64,000 bases of DNA from positions 9,176,001 through 9,240,000 of the forward strand of contig OZ024746.1 of the NCBI GenBank assembly GCA_964016885.1, given 5' to 3'. This stretch comes from Eledone cirrhosa. Lineage: Eukaryota. Position numbers and translations under genes: made by a program. The stretch's first letter is position 1. Each line of letters begins with the position of its first letter. Below, in pieces: positions 27,261 to 42,300 of this stretch. The notes under the pieces were generated by a model. The model was not told the DNA's origin. It searched no databases and was given only the letters and a program-made list of their open reading frames with translations.

Positions 27261-27799
27261 CATACATACATACATACATACATACATACATACATACATA
27301 CATACATACATACATACATACATACATAAAACATAGCAGAAATTTAATATATGTTTACTGCATATACGCACAAATAAATATAGAAATATACATACATGCG
27401 CATATAACTTAATGCATGCAGATCCACACCTGCCCTGGCAACTATATCTGCGCACACGACCACACAAAATCAGTTACAGATACATAGATAATATTACCTA
27501 GATGATGATGTCTAAATTCCAATGTAAAGTCCTGTGTCTGTGTTAGACACTCTCTCTTCCTCCTCTATCTCTATCTCTATTGGTGAGAAAGTAATATAAA
27601 AGAACACAGCGGCCACGAAGAACAGCCCGTGTTTTTATAAGCGAATATTTACGTATATTTATGGTGTTTCCTTTGATTATGCTTATTGAGCCTTCGTGTT
27701 TCTATTTAATGTGTTCACTCTTGAGGCGTTGACATATAGATCGACATTTTTCTTCTCAAAATTATGTAGAATGGTGGTAGCTTTTGTTATGGTGTGTTC

Positions 27800-28105
27800 T
27801 TTATTTTTGTCAAATGCAGTTTGAATAACGTAATCCAGACTGGTGATAAAAAGGAATGGTACAAACGTATCACTTTGCAAGATGCTCTATTGATGTCGAA
27901 GAAGTCGGTATCTCAACCTAGTGATCGTATTTCACGTCTTGTGATATACGGTATGTAGAAGACACTGCTCCATTTCGATACACTAGACAGAGTCAAAGGC
28001 GTTTGAAAAGTCTACAAACATTAACACTGCAAGTAGAATTTTAGACTTTATTCCCTCAAAGTTTCTCCTAACCGTAAATACTTGCCCAACAGTAGACCGA
28101 TCTAT
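27800..28105 (-). pseudogene. Degenerate RTE-group reverse transcriptase fragment
   Basis: RSTVGQVFTVRR..EG...FVDFSNAFDSV ... LQSDTFVPFLF..LDYV. Confidence 0.75.
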
Positions 28106-30652
28106 TTGAAGCCCTCAGAAAATAGGAGAATACAACCCACCGCCGTCCACCTTTCATGAAGATTCTGATTGTATGCTGCATTACAAAATTGAAGGAGAGC
28201 ATTGCTCATTGACACCTGCCTTGCAGACTCTCGTATCTGTTTCATATTATGGCAATGTGGATTTAATACAGACTAAATTAAAGATAAATTGATCTGCTAG
28301 AAAAATTTCAACCTATCATCTTCAAAATAAGGATGGATACATGTTGTTATAGATGTACAGAAATATGAATGGCCACCACAGGAGTTCATTTGATTATAGA
28401 TCTCTTCTATTGTATCGGGTTTGCAGAGCTAAAGAACAACAATTATGTACCGAAAGCCTATAACATCTAAACCATCAAGACAAAGCTTTTAAAGATATTT
28501 ATTAATATTATCGTTAACGAAGTGTAACTTCGGCTTTAGACCATTAATTTTTATATTTGCAAAACATAGTAACTTTCGCCGAGGGATGCTATACATGATT
28601 GAATTGGTAGGTTTGGTATTTATGTTATAGAACCCAGAGGATTAAATGGATGAGTATGGTTTCTATAGAGATTTGAAATTATAACAGAATATATCGGTAC
28701 TCAGTCGTTTATAACAGTCCATTAGTAATTTTGAATAAGGAAAAGACACGATCCCTGCAAAGAAGCATACATCTGAACTATTATATCATCTATAGCCATT
28801 TTTGTATCACCTTATTATAACTCTATATGATATCTCCGAAGTAATTCATTTCAAAAGATACAAGAATATAAGAGACACTTCTAAGGAGTTACTTGACCTG
28901 CTAGAAATAGCACACAGATGTCTGTAAAATCTATTATTGAAAACAAAATAACATATTGAAGAATCTGACCATAGATACTCTATGTCTAATAAATACCCTT
29001 TGATCATATGTTTGCTCAATCAACGGCAACAACTTCAAAGACAGAAACGAAATGTGGAAAGAAGATTATTTGTTACCGTTCAGTTGAATTCTAATTAAAA
29101 AATCTATCTAATAAATGTTCGAAATCGTTAAATAGTATTGGAAAGTAAACATATGAAGTAGATTGTTCATGGCGTCATCTGGTTATTTCTGGCAAACACC
29201 TCCTGAATTTTGTTTTTAAACATTTTGTTGCTATGTTTCTACAAAAGATACATGTAAAGTAATTTTGAAAATAGCGAAGAATTTTTGTTTATATGGCTAA
29301 ATTTTTCAGTAATAAGCTGGTATTTGGAACATAACTTAACAAAAGTTCTCACTTAAAATTATGACGGGAGACTTTTAGTTAAATATAAAATCTTAAAATA
29401 AACAGCCATGTATCATAACTATGGGCGGTTTCGTGCGGTTTCCTACCTAAATGGTAACAACTTTGAAAATTGAGTATGAACGTCCAACTCGTCGGCAACA
29501 GCGTTATGATAGAAGGATGTACTTACAGCTTAAGTCTAATTAATTAATTTGATTGTAATTATGTATCCTGAAGCAATTGATGCTGTTATTGGTGCGGTTA
29601 GGATTAGCTTCAGGCTGGTCCAACTAGTTCCAGCGCATAAACAAACGTGTTATATCAGTGAACATCCCATCGTATGTGCAGACATGACGTATTCTTCGGT
29701 TTTTGAAAGACAATTGTGTGTGATTTGTGACAAATATGACTGCTGTAACTGCTACTTCGTTTGCTGTCCTTACAAGGGAGACAATTATGGCATCAACTAA
29801 ATAAATAAACATGCAATGGTATGGACTACGAATATTGAATACAGACTAAGTCGAACGGTTCGAGAAAATCCGTTGTGCGTATAAGCTACTTATTATTTTA
29901 AAGAATCACTGCATAATCGTTCTTGTTGCAGCACTTCTACAATGTTTTCTGCGAATTATGATAACACTAATTTCAGTCTTTTGATTTCAACGTCATTCTT
30001 AGTAACACGATCAACAATCAAAGATTTCTTAAGCTTTTGTTTGGATGATTTAAGAAAATAATGGTAAGATTAGACATGTAATATTAGTTCTTATAGAGAT
30101 GTGTATTATATTATTTTGTTTTATTAATTAAAATGGATCATCGTCTTTCTGAAACCATTTCATGCATTTAATGCCGAAGATTAAAACCTACAAAGGATGC
30201 AAAAGTGACATTATTTCTTTCATGGTTCATGCTTTTTTTATTTTTCATGTTATGCAAATATTACGAATCTCATATACTATTTGTAATTACTTTAGGCTAA
30301 ATGGAACATCCTTCGCCGATTACATCACCCAGTCTGGCAGAGTTCGCTGCATCATGAAATAGAATATTAACTACAAAAGAAAATGTAATCTGTATTTCAA
30401 GACTTTAGATATCCGTGTCTCTTGACAGAATTTTATTAATTATATGAGTAACTACTCGAAAACAATTTAGATTTAACACTCAAAAATCTCTAAATGTGAG
30501 TGGAGTAACATCACCAAAATATTTCTCTCTATATATGTTGTTTGTGTAACTGCTGATGCTTTTGTTGTAGCTGTTGCTGTTACGTCTCACACTTGCTTAT
30601 GTTTAAACGACCTCTTAAAGCGACGAAACTCATGGGAAGTGTCTTTAGTGTT

Positions 30653-31051
30653 TTAATAATTATTTCTACTTTTGGCACAAGGCCGGCAATTATCCCAGTG
30701 CATTACTGGTACTTTATTTTATCGACCTCGTAAGGATGAAAGGCAAAGTTAACCTCGGCGGGATTTGAACTCAGACCATAAAGAGCCGTAACTCTTTGCT
30801 GAAAAGCATGGCGTCTGACCCTCTACCGATACTGCCAATCCACCGCCTTTTAATAATTGTTTCTACTTTAGGCACAAGGCCAGCAAATTACCCAGTGCAT
30901 TACTGGTACTTTATTTTATCGACCCCGTAAGGATGAAAGGCAAAGTCAACCTCGGCGGGATTTGAACTCGGATCGTAAAGGGATGTAATTCTGCTGGAAA
31001 GCATGGCGTCCGACCCTCTACCGATACTGCCAATCCACCGCCTTTTAATAA
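30653..31051 (-). mobile_element. Two tandem SINEs of different subtypes
   Basis: TTTTAATAAT present three times (left, between, right). Confidence 0.9.
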
Positions 31052-31169
31052 TAGGAGCTCTAAATATATTGTGTCACCATTTTCCTGATAACAGAAGGCA
31101 GACTTTGCATTCAAAACGCATAAAGACGGAACAGTTTCCATAAAGTATTCTATCCTACACCCGATAAAT

Positions 31170-31320
31170 CCAGCCACACTATCCCACTCGACTGGTACTT
31201 TATTTATCAAATCTAAATGTATGAAAGATAAAGTTGTCTTTCAAATCTGAATTCAGAGACTATACAACCGGAACAAACAGCGCAATGCATTTAACCTGAA
31301 ACTTTTCTGACTCTGACAAT
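31170..31320 (-). mobile_element. Older related SINE
   Basis: TCGACTGGTACTTTATTTATC..ATGAAAGATAAAGTTG..TGAATTCAGA. Confidence 0.6.
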
Positions 31321-31797
31321 TGAAGGAAATGCTTTATATTCTTCACTTATACAATGCTTTTATATCCGTTATATGATTCATTTCATATAACATATAATGG
31401 CGTCATATTCTCGATTCTTGTGAACTATAAAAACCATCTAACTGTTGCCTTCTAAGATTTATACTGAGTGCTAAAATAATCATTAATATTTCAGAACGTT
31501 TAGCTCTGGACGTGAGAATTTAATTTTTACTGAAATGAAAACAATTCTCTTGATAAATTTAGGAAGTGTTAGCAAATTAAACTAATGAGTCGATTGCATT
31601 GAAACAGAACAATACCACATTTTTTTATACTTTTCCTATCTTTGAAAATATAATATAATAACCGACACGACGAAAATTATGCTGTTCATATATATTTACA
31701 AATTACAACCTTAATTCTGTTATTTCTATAATTCCGATCTCATCCACACACATACATACATATTTACATATGTCTACATACACCCACACACATATAC

Positions 31798-31874
<77 letters not shown>

Positions 31875-31989
31875 CCTATATGTGTACGTATGTACGTATA
31901 TATGTATGTATGTACGTATATATATATATATATACGTACATACATACACACATACGCACATAAACTCCTACATACATTCATACATACGT

Positions 31990-32425
31990 ACATGATGGTT
32001 GCAACTCGATTTCGAGTAATGCCATCGCTTGATACTTAGGCTAGGGACTTGCCTATGGCCAGCAATACCATGCATCGCAAAAAATGTCACATGTCAAGTG
32101 ATGCCTGTGCTTGAAGCATTTTTAAGTGAGGAAAGGCTATGCACGGGGTCAATCCCACTCCCTTAACATCGAATGCATTTACCCAAAAAGAAGAACTCAT
32201 CTACATCATTAGATGCAAATGAAGTCTCAAGTTTTATATTAGAGTGACCTTCACCTAGAGACATGCCTTAATAAAAACTAGGAATCGCTCACTCCACAAA
32301 AAAGAAATTTTTATTGGATGGACGTTGATTCTTCTGAGTACCTCCGCTCTTTGATGGGTATGTTTTTCCTCCTGCAGGATGTGGAAACTCAACCTCCTCA
32401 CCATGTAGCTTGGTAAGGTTCCCGG
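31990..32425 (-). mobile_element. Second, more diverged bipartite RTE derivative
   Basis: Similar to 26361-26770 and flanked by TACA/TATG repeats. Confidence 0.55.
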
Positions 32426-32462
<37 letters not shown>

Positions 32463-32738
32463 TGTATGTATGTATGTATGTATATATATATGTATCTCGG
32501 GAGCCCATTCTCACGATTTTCGCGAAACTTGTTTCATTCCATTTGTATTCCCATTTCAAGGGCAACTTCCTTTCAAGGTATTTTCCCATATGCACCGTTT
32601 TGGGTGTATTAAATTACAGACATGCATGCAATCACAGAGTTTTAGTAGTACTAGTCGTATATATATATATGTGTGGTGTGTGTGTGTGTGTTTGTGGTTG
32701 TGTGAGTGTTTGTGCGTGTTTATGGTTGAGGGTGTGTT

Positions 32739-32821
<83 letters not shown>

Positions 32822-35589
32822 ACGTGTGTGTGTGTGTATTCCTGTCAAAAGTGAAATAAAAGTTGTTTTAAAAAATGTTTCACGAATCCCACGAAAGATA
32901 GCTCATCTTAGATAACTGTAACATTCTTTTCTACTTAATTAAAATATCTGATAACTTCGTTTTATTTTTCTCTTCTATTTCCCCTTTACTGTTGAATTGG
33001 CACTGTTATTTTTAAGTAAATTATTACAATTGTCGAGGGGTTGACAGAATTATCGGATACAAAGTGTAGAGTAATTATTTTTATTTATTGTTGTTGTTGT
33101 TTTCTGCACTGATGATATGTATTTTTAAAGTATTACTGGTTAGTTATTTTTTTTTTTTTTTTTTTTTTTGCTGCTGTTTTTTTCTCTTCCTCTGAAATAT
33201 TTCCTTATTTCTATCAACACTACTGTCAGGTTGGGCAATGAGAAATTAACATCTTGAAATTAGTGTGCAATATCCTCATGACGCTTCAATGTTCTCTTTT
33301 CTTCCCGCTCATATCAACATTCGTTACAACTACGACGCTCTGCTTATATGTTCTTTGTTTTTTGTTTTGTTTAGATTTTGTGTTGTTTTTGCTTGTTTTC
33401 CACATCAGTTTTTTTATACGCCTTAACAATTGTATATGGTATCTATTTCTTAATTTAAAATGATACTTTCTTACTGCTGCAATTAATAGAGGTATGGACG
33501 TGGCGGGATTATTATCATTAAAATTGTAGAAACATGTCTACATGGTCAAAGAACACAACACTGTTATAGGATTTTTAAATATGCTTTTTAGTAGTTTTTC
33601 ATGAATTGTTACTCCGTCAACAGTTTTTCAATTGAATTCTAAAGCAATTCAAAACAGGATAAGTAGATTGTGAAACAACAACATGTTTAATATTTATTTT
33701 AAAAAAAGGTGCAAATTAAGCACCTTTCCGAAAACATTTTCTGTATATGGAGTGTTTAGAAACTAATTAAACAGAGAGGATATAATTTAGGAAATAAAAT
33801 ATATTTTACCTACAAAGAAAACATTCGGATTGTGAAAAACCAAATCGTTTAAGAAAATGAAGATATTTATACCTGAAACAGTTCTCTGCAAATCTGTTGC
33901 TGTTGTTCAGCCTCAGGTCAGCCTTGATCGAGTTGACGTATGACGAACGGAGTTTTATATTTATATGTTGCCGTTTTGTATTTTTGTATATCACGAAATA
34001 TATTATCAAATGAAGCCTTCTTTATCTAAGATGGTGATGTATGATTTAAGGGAGATTTGATTCTAGTACATCAAACGATCCAGTTGATGGACCTCTTGTA
34101 GACTTGCCAAATTTAATGGGGATTCATTAAACGTTAATGTTTCTTATTACAGTATATGATTATCATTTCTACGACACTAAATATTAAAAAGACTTATTTT
34201 TCCACCACATACTAAATTTTGAAGATGTTTTATTTCTTTCCTCTAATTGGAGTTTAGATGCTTCTTATGCTTTCTTTTAAAATTTTTACCAGCATCAATT
34301 AGAAACAGGCCCTGTGCCGCCAGACGTAGCTACTAAATTTCCCTAAAATTACATCATGTCATCTCAATATACAATAACATAATGAATAATGTAATTATAG
34401 AGACATTCTGTCGGAGGTAAATTATAGAATGATTACAGCTGGAACGCCGCTCATCTTAGATCTTCTCGTTCCAGTCTTACTTGGGGTTAAAACAAATAAC
34501 AACTTCCGCAGCAAAATCTGAATGTGATTCAAGCAATGGGTGCCTAGAATATAATTGATCATTTGTTTGATATCAATATCTGATTTTCTGTAGGCTGATT
34601 TTGCTGCTTGATATACCAAAATATTATCTAAATCTTGAGAAAACTTCTACTGGCATTTCAGTCACATCCTTTTCTATATAATTTTCATTATGAAACAATT
34701 GCATGTGAAATATTATCAAACCGAGAATTCTAGTACATAAAATGTTTATTTTTCCTACCCATTTCCTTTTAAGGAGCAGATATACAAAATATAACATTGT
34801 TGTTATCGTTAAATTGTGTTTTACATTAATTCTACTTGTTGAATGATGTTACCTTTTTTTACTTATACTTTGTTTTAAGCACTCACTCTCTTTACTTCAA
34901 ATATTTTCTAAATTCTTTCGAAACACCCTAAAAGCATCTTACTGACATCTCTTTCAATTAGAATTCCAGGTGAATTTTACACTTAAATCATCGCTATTTT
35001 TAAGCAGACGTCGTTCATTTCGCGTTACCAAGTTTACAATTCAGCTGTGTCCTCGGAATTCTCAGCTAAAACATGTGATAGTTTCCCGTACATAATTTAC
35101 TACTAAACAGGTTTCAGTTAAACTTGAAACATGCCCAGAGCACTATTTGTATTTTTGCTGATGTAGCCAAGAATGAATTATTCTCATGCCAGTAGCTTCA
35201 CAGACTCCTACACAAATTCATACATCTGTTCATATATATTCATATATATAAATACATACACACACATATATATTAATATATATATAAATATAAATTCAGC
35301 GAGAATTGCATTTCGGCGGGTAGAAAAAGCGAAACATATATATATGGGGGGGAGGTGAGTGTGTGTGTGTGTGTGTTCAAGAGGAAGATAAAATAAATAT
35401 ATTTAGATTTTCATTATCATCTAATCAAACATAAAGTATTTCTTAAGGAGGTAAAACGCCTCAACTTTTCTACACGGTTTCTCCTTGAGACTGGGCAACA
35501 TATAAACTGAAATACACAGACCAGACAGAGGAAAAAAGAATACCTTCACACATATTTCTGTGTTGAATCTCCACCTGTTCTGTAGACAA

Positions 35590-35870
35590 ATGTTCCAGTT
35601 GTTCGAACAACAGAACTCTCTGTTTCTGAAATTAACATTCAGCTGGTTGAGCATTCGACAGACACATGCGCTCTCACGTAGTACTCAGGGAAAATCAATG
35701 TGACATGTGTGAAAATGCTTGTTCTTTTTATTACTGTGTATAACTCATTTTTCCTGGCTGAGTGAAACTACCTGAAATGAAATGTATTGCTCAATAACAT
35801 AACGCGCCGCCGGGAATCGAATTCACTACATTACGAACATGAGCGAAACATCATAACTACTTAATCACAC
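35590..35870 (-). mobile_element. tRNA-derived CORE-type SINE
   Basis: B box complement GGGAATCGAATT; TTGCTCAATAACATAACGC core. Confidence 0.65.
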
Positions 35871-36154
35871 AATTTAGCTACTTACAGTTTCACCACGTAC
35901 ACAGGGCTGTATTTTGTATAAATGCCACAGCAAACAAATTAAAAATGGATAATCTCAAACTGCAGACGAGTGACGATTTGAAACACATCTGTAAATAGTA
36001 CATTGATTCAGAAAAGAAACAGTTAAGAAGTTTAGACTAGAAAAATATGTCAGAGCAACAGTAAATACGAGAAAATAGTCCAAAACACTAATCTATAATA
36101 CACTTAGATAAAGAAACTGAGATAAGAGAATTAGATTAAAAAAAAAGAAATACA

Positions 36155-36587
36155 AATAGTGTGGGATGCAATATTTTAGTGTGATCATCAGACTTCACAC
36201 GAAAACCTGATATTATAGTGAATAGGAAAGGAAAAATCGCATGCCTGATCATTGACTTTGCATGTTCTGGGGATAGAAGAGAAGGGGGAAAAATTGAATA
36301 ACTATAACGAATTGAAGTGGGAAATACGCAGGTTGTGGGCTATGAAAAAAAGATGTGAAACCAGTTGGGATTAGTGCATTTGGAAGTATCAACACCCAAG
36401 ATTGGAACATTCACAACACCCAAGATGAAACATTCACAAAAATCATCATTGCTTGGAAATGCAAGATTCTTCATGAGGGTTCTTAAAACATGTACAATAG
36501 ACACGTGTCAACTCAGTTGTAGACATCTGACACTTTCTATCACCTCCAGCATTATAGAGGTGAGTTTTTCATGTAAATAATAATAAC

Positions 36588-36665
<78 letters not shown>
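36155..36665 (+). pseudogene. Dong/R4-like RLE retrotransposon 3' end followed by (TAA)n
   Basis: IVWD..RKPDIIV...CLIIDFACSGD...YNELKWEIRRLW...QKSSLLGNAR; (TAA)n at 36575-36665. Confidence 0.8.
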
Positions 36666-36666
<1 letters not shown>

Positions 36667-37771
36667 TATATATATAAATGTGTGTGTGTATGTGTGTGTG
36701 CGTGTGTGTATGCCTGTGTGTTTATGTGTGTGTAAAGAAATACATTCATATATATGTGTATGAATGTTCGTGTTTGCGCGTGTGTGTATACGTACATATA
36801 CATAAGAATCAAGAAAGAATACGTGTAAGAAAAGTAGATAAAGAGAGACAGAGTGAGAAATGGAGGTTAGATTCAAAGCTGGCTCACATTTAGATTGAAT
36901 TATATTTAAGCTTTTAAATTCGAAAATTCTTTTATTAATAAAATGATTATATTCAATGTGATTTGACAAGTATGGACAATTGGATGGTTATGCTTATTTG
37001 AAAACTATTTCAACAGAATGTTTCATTTTCTTTTCTTCAGTTTCATTTTGGATTTGGATTTAGTGAAAACCATAGAATTAGTCAGTCTTTGCAAGTTATA
37101 TAAATAAAATATTGGCACGAAATTCCTGTGTAGGAAAAAATAGGACTGGTTGCCTAAACGGTCGATATTTCTTTAGATTCGTGTTTTATAGTTAGAAATC
37201 GGTAATTTCAATTCCAAATGTTTTGTGCTAGATTTCAATAACTAGCTAACATATAGCCCTCACAAATTACATATAGTACTCTGATCTTCTAGAAGACATC
37301 CCTCGTATGGTTACTCACCTGCTAAACATAACAAACAAATCCCTCAAATCACACCCTATGATTCTATCAAAAAGATGACTAAAACCACAACGAATAGTGT
37401 AGACCTAGTAATATATTTTTTCTGAAGTGATAAAAAGAAAGATAGACTGGATGGTAAATGTTGTGACGCAAGCTGATGTTACTTAGTCCATCAGCGATGA
37501 GAAAGTCTGACGAACAATGGAACATCCGCTTGCTTCTGGAAACTCCGAGTATCTAGGAAAGTATACGCCAGTTTGACATTTATTTTATAGAATAGAGTAT
37601 ATTTAGCTCCATGTTTACATATTGAATGCTCTTTGTAGTGATTACAAAAGCAGATTCAGCCAACAATATATATATATATATAAACCCATCAACCAATGAC
37701 CTCCACCCATCCCAATCACCACCCTCTCCTACCACCAGAAAAGATATAAATACCACCATATTTGGACAGTC

Positions 37772-37822
37772 GGCTTCCTGATGATTTCTCCCGAATGAAA
37801 CAGTTCTATTCCTGTAGAAGCC
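37772..37822 (+). ncRNA. Type I hammerhead ribozyme
   Basis: ggcttc-CTGATGA-t-ttc-tccc-gaa-t-GAAA-cag-ttctattc-ctg-TA-gaagcc; element 37680-37907 lies between (TA)n tracts and its 3' end recurs at 47259-47310. Confidence 0.88.
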
Positions 37823-37904
37823 TTTTCTATATTAAATATTTATACTCTGCTTTGTATTGAGTACCTTACTTACTGTGGTTACACCCGATTGAACCCGGGA
37901 TAAA

Positions 37905-37957
<53 letters not shown>

Positions 37958-38741
37958 ATGTGTGTGTGTGTGGTGTGTGTGTATGTGTGTGTGTGGGTGT
38001 GTGTGTGTGTATGTGTGAAGATATTCTTTATTATAGACAACTTTGAGTGTTCTTGGAGTTTCTTCTGTGTATTTGCAGTGTCTTCAGACAAGTCTATATT
38101 TTGAGAAGATGGAGAAACAGTATGTGTCGAAAAGACACGGTTGTGGATAACTTCTGGCAAGGCAGAAATGGGAATAGAGAGAAGGATAAAATTGAAGAGG
38201 AGAAAACGAAAGAATCGAAAAGAGAAAAGAGAGGGTGAGAAAATGGAGAACAAAAGAGAAAAGAATATAGGAAAGAAAGAATGAAAAATCAGACAACGAA
38301 GAGACAAAATGGAGGCAGAGAGGAATGGAGGAAGAAGAGGAAGGTACAAATAGGGTGGAGAGGTATGTAGAAATTAAGAAGATAACAACAGGTTTTAATA
38401 CTGGTCTCTCGATAGAAGAATATATATGATAATAAACATCAAATATAAGGGATAATATATAATATAAAGAATTGAGTAATATATAGAGAGAGAGAGACAA
38501 ACAGACAGAGACAGTGAAAGATAGCACTGTCGGATAAACCCGTAAACTCTTGAATAAATGTACACACTGACATACACACATATGTTCACACACACAGAAA
38601 CACATACACTTACACACACACACGCACGCACATATACACACACATACACACACACATATATATATATAAATACATATAAGTGTGTATGTGTATGTATGTA
38701 TATAAAGACGTCAACAGGGAAAACAACACGGAAGAACAATA

Positions 38742-38921
38742 TAATTGTTTCTACTTCTTGGCACAAGGCCAGCAATTATCCCAGTACATTACTGGTACTT
38801 TATTTTATCGACCCCGTAAGGCAAAGTTGACCTTGGCGGGATTTGAACTCAGACCGTAAAGGGGTATAACTCTATGCTACAAAGCATGACGTCCGACCCT
38901 CTACCGATACTGCCAATCCAT
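38742..38921 (-). mobile_element. SINE (main family) with a small internal deletion
   Basis: Family motifs. Confidence 0.88.
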
Positions 38922-38958
38922 CTTATGATACAATAACGAAACGTTAGTAGGAAAATTG

Positions 38959-38994
38959 ACTTAACGTTTCGGACATTAGTCCTTCATCGGAAGA
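38959..38994 (-). ncRNA. Minimal hammerhead, U4-to-C variant (family D)
   Basis: Minus strand: tctt-CCGATGA-a-ggac-taat-gtcc-GAAA-cg-TT-aagt. Confidence 0.7.
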
Positions 38995-39273
38995 TAGATT
39001 AAAAATAGAAATATAGATGAGAGATAGAAAAGAGGAGAAAACCGGAATATTTTGCGGGAAGACAACACGTACGGAGTTAGTTAGGAATATATATAAAGAA
39101 CAAAAGTTGAAAATTCACTTTGGATCTTTGAGGAAAATTTTCGCCAATTTTCAAAAATCACAAGGAAAGATGTGGAACTTGTAATTTCTCGCGTCTAGCT
39201 GGAGTTAGAAAATGTTCTTATTTTACGGAGAGATCTTGTCTCAAATTGCTATAAATATTATTATATTGTGTCA

Positions 39274-39466
39274 TGGATTGGCAGTATTGGTAGAGCGTCG
39301 GACATCATACTTCACGACAGAGAGTTAATTCCCTTTACGTTCTGAGTTCAAATCCCGTCGAGTTGAGCTTTGCCTTTCATCCTTACAGGGTCCTTAAAAT
39401 AAAGTACCAGTAACGCACTTCCAGTAACGTTACCCTCCACTTCAAATTGCCTAAAGTAAAAACAAT
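39274..39466 (+). mobile_element. SINE variant
   Basis: A/B boxes and core; altered 3' part. Confidence 0.8.
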
Positions 39467-39475
39467 TATTATTGT

Positions 39476-39509
<34 letters not shown>

Positions 39510-39702
39510 GCTATCATTACTTTTATATCGCCCTTGCATCGGAAGCCTGGTATTTAAAGGAAACAAAAAGGCCAGAAAAAGATTTACAGCGAAATAATTC
39601 TGCTTGCTCCTAATATAGTGACGTGGCTTTACACAAAGTATGTAAAGTCTGTATTCTAAAAGTAAATAAGGAATAGCTACTGTATTATGTTATACCAACA
39701 TA

Positions 39703-39742
<40 letters not shown>

Positions 39743-39806
39743 TATATATGCATGTATATATGTAAATATATATATATATATGTGTGTGTGTGTGAGTGTG
39801 TTTAAG

Positions 39807-39889
<83 letters not shown>

Positions 39890-40075
39890 GTGTATATGTA
39901 TATGTATGTATATGCAAAGAGACGTTGTTGTTCGTTAGGATAAATTTATTTGCAAAAGCCATTTATCGTTATAGTTGAAAGCTTTGAACAATCCTTTGAA
40001 ACCAAGAACAACTCAAGACACAGAATTATACACATATACCCAGACAGATCTTTATTTCTTAGAAGATACGTACAT

Positions 40076-40106
<31 letters not shown>

Positions 40107-40200
40107 GACACATGTAACATCACCCCCATATATATATATATACACATACACACACACATATATATATATATACATACATGTAACATCACCCCCCATATAT

Positions 40201-40241
<41 letters not shown>

Positions 40242-40265
40242 CATATATATAAATGTATATATTTA

Positions 40266-40312
<47 letters not shown>

Positions 40313-40794
40313 AAGATTATCGAAAGATATGTATTCTTCGAAGATATCGAAAACCATAGCGCGTCTATTTGCGGAGATAAACCACTGCTAAAAATATAAA
40401 TCGGAAAGCACTTAGTCAATCAAAAGAGAAAAAAATCTATAGACAAGATAATAAAATGAATGAAAACACTAACGGGGACTGTCTATGATTCTTAGAAATA
40501 ATTTGTTTTGTAGTCTTCAAGTAACTAGAATGTTTGAGCAAGAATTTATACTGTATATGGACGTGCATAGATTTGTTTTGGGAACTATACGCACATGCGT
40601 TTAGATGATTGTATGAAGTAGTCTATTTAATATTATATTCATCAAATAGTATGTGTGGTCAGATTATACACTTGCCACCCAATTTTCAGAAAATCACATA
40701 TGTAGGCATATATGTATGTACGTACATATATAGGCATATATGTATGTACGTACAAATGTAGGCATATATGTATGTACGTACATACGTATATGTG

Positions 40795-40826
<32 letters not shown>

Positions 40827-41199
40827 CAAATACAAAGGGGGAAGTTTACATACAATAAAAACGTGTAAAATACTATCACAAAGGCAATTTAAAAATTAGT
40901 CGATTTTCCCCAATAGGGGGAGACATGTAATATGGGTAACACATACCCCCGAAAAAAATGTGCAACCCTCATCTCCAGGAGTACGAAGAGTGAATACTCC
41001 TCTCCTCTCTTCCTCTTTTTCCTCAACCTACAGGCTGATATAGAGAGAGGCCCATTCACTCGGACCATTCTCGCCACTTTCACCCACCTTTCATAAAACT
41101 TGCTGGGGTACAGCACCTCTCTCTCCATCCTGATTCTTCTTCCCAAGTTGTATTTGAAAAAAAGAATCAGTTGTTGGCCGGAGAGAAAGGTGTCTGGCC

Positions 41200-41283
<84 letters not shown>

Positions 41284-41474
41284 CGTAAAATAAGAAAATA
41301 TTTTTTAAAAAAATTTTTAAAAAATTTTTTTACTTACTTAAATTTTCACTCCAACTAATTAGTTTCTGCAATGGGATAAAGACAGTTACATAATCCAACT
41401 GTCGAGAATTCATTGCGTCTTTTTATATGAGCCGCCAGTGTCCGCGCATTGCCTGGAGGCTCAGCTGAGAATAG

Positions 41475-41556
41475 ACTCCCTGATGACGCAATGAATTCTC
41501 GACAGTTGGATTATGTAACTGTCTTTATCCCATTGCAGAAACTAATTAGTTGGAGT
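41475..41556 (+). ncRNA. Type I hammerhead with extended stem II (copy 1)
   Basis: actcc-CTGATGA-c-gcaatg..gacagtt..aactgtc..cattgc-a-GAAA-ctaattag-TT-ggagt. Confidence 0.9.
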
Positions 41557-42029
41557 GAAAATTTAAGTAAGTAAGTTAAAAAATTTTTTTAAAATTTTTT
41601 TAAAAAATATTTTCTTATTTTACGTCTTTTATATTATTGTTCTGCACCCTCCTGCATTGAACCACCTAGGTACTATGACATAACCTGTGTATTTGCTGGC
41701 ATGGACGTACATCTGTGCGTCTATGTTAGTTGATATATTAAATTATCTATATTTATCTCCAAATCACTGATTTGTCGAGCAAACCTGCCAAAACCACTTC
41801 AAAATTTTTTTTGGGGTGTTAGTAGGCGTCAGTCATCTTACCATCCCATTCCTTCTAACTAGCCTCTATGTCACGTGATTGATTCTTTAGAATCGGTCAT
41901 TTGACTGGAAGCAGTGAGAATTTCAGTACATAGAATCCAGTCCTCGCCTAGCTGTTCTTTCTACCGAAGTATTATTTTTATATGAGCCGCCAGTGTCCGC
42001 GCATTGCCTGGAGGCTCAGCTGAGAATAG

Positions 42030-42111
42030 ACTCCCTGATGACGCAATGAATTCTCGACAGTTGGATTATGTAACTGTCTTTATCCCATTGCAGAAACTAA
42101 TTAGTTGGAGT
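42030..42111 (+). ncRNA. Type I hammerhead (copy 2, identical)
   Basis: Same sequence 555 nt downstream. Confidence 0.9.
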
Positions 42112-42300
42112 GAAAATTTAAGTAAGTAAGTAAAAAAATTTTTTAAAAATTTTTTTAAAAAATATTTTCTTATTTTACGTCTTTTATATTATTGTTCTGC
42201 ACCCTCCTGCATTGAACCACCTAGGTACTATGACATAACCTGTGTATTTGCTGGCATGGACGTACATCTGTGCGTCTATGTTAGTTGATATATTAAATTA

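Noticed and set aside
29529-29812. Cys-rich plus-strand ORF or minus-strand exon with AG/GTAAGT borders
   Set aside because: No recognisable domain, and all three minus-strand frames contain stops
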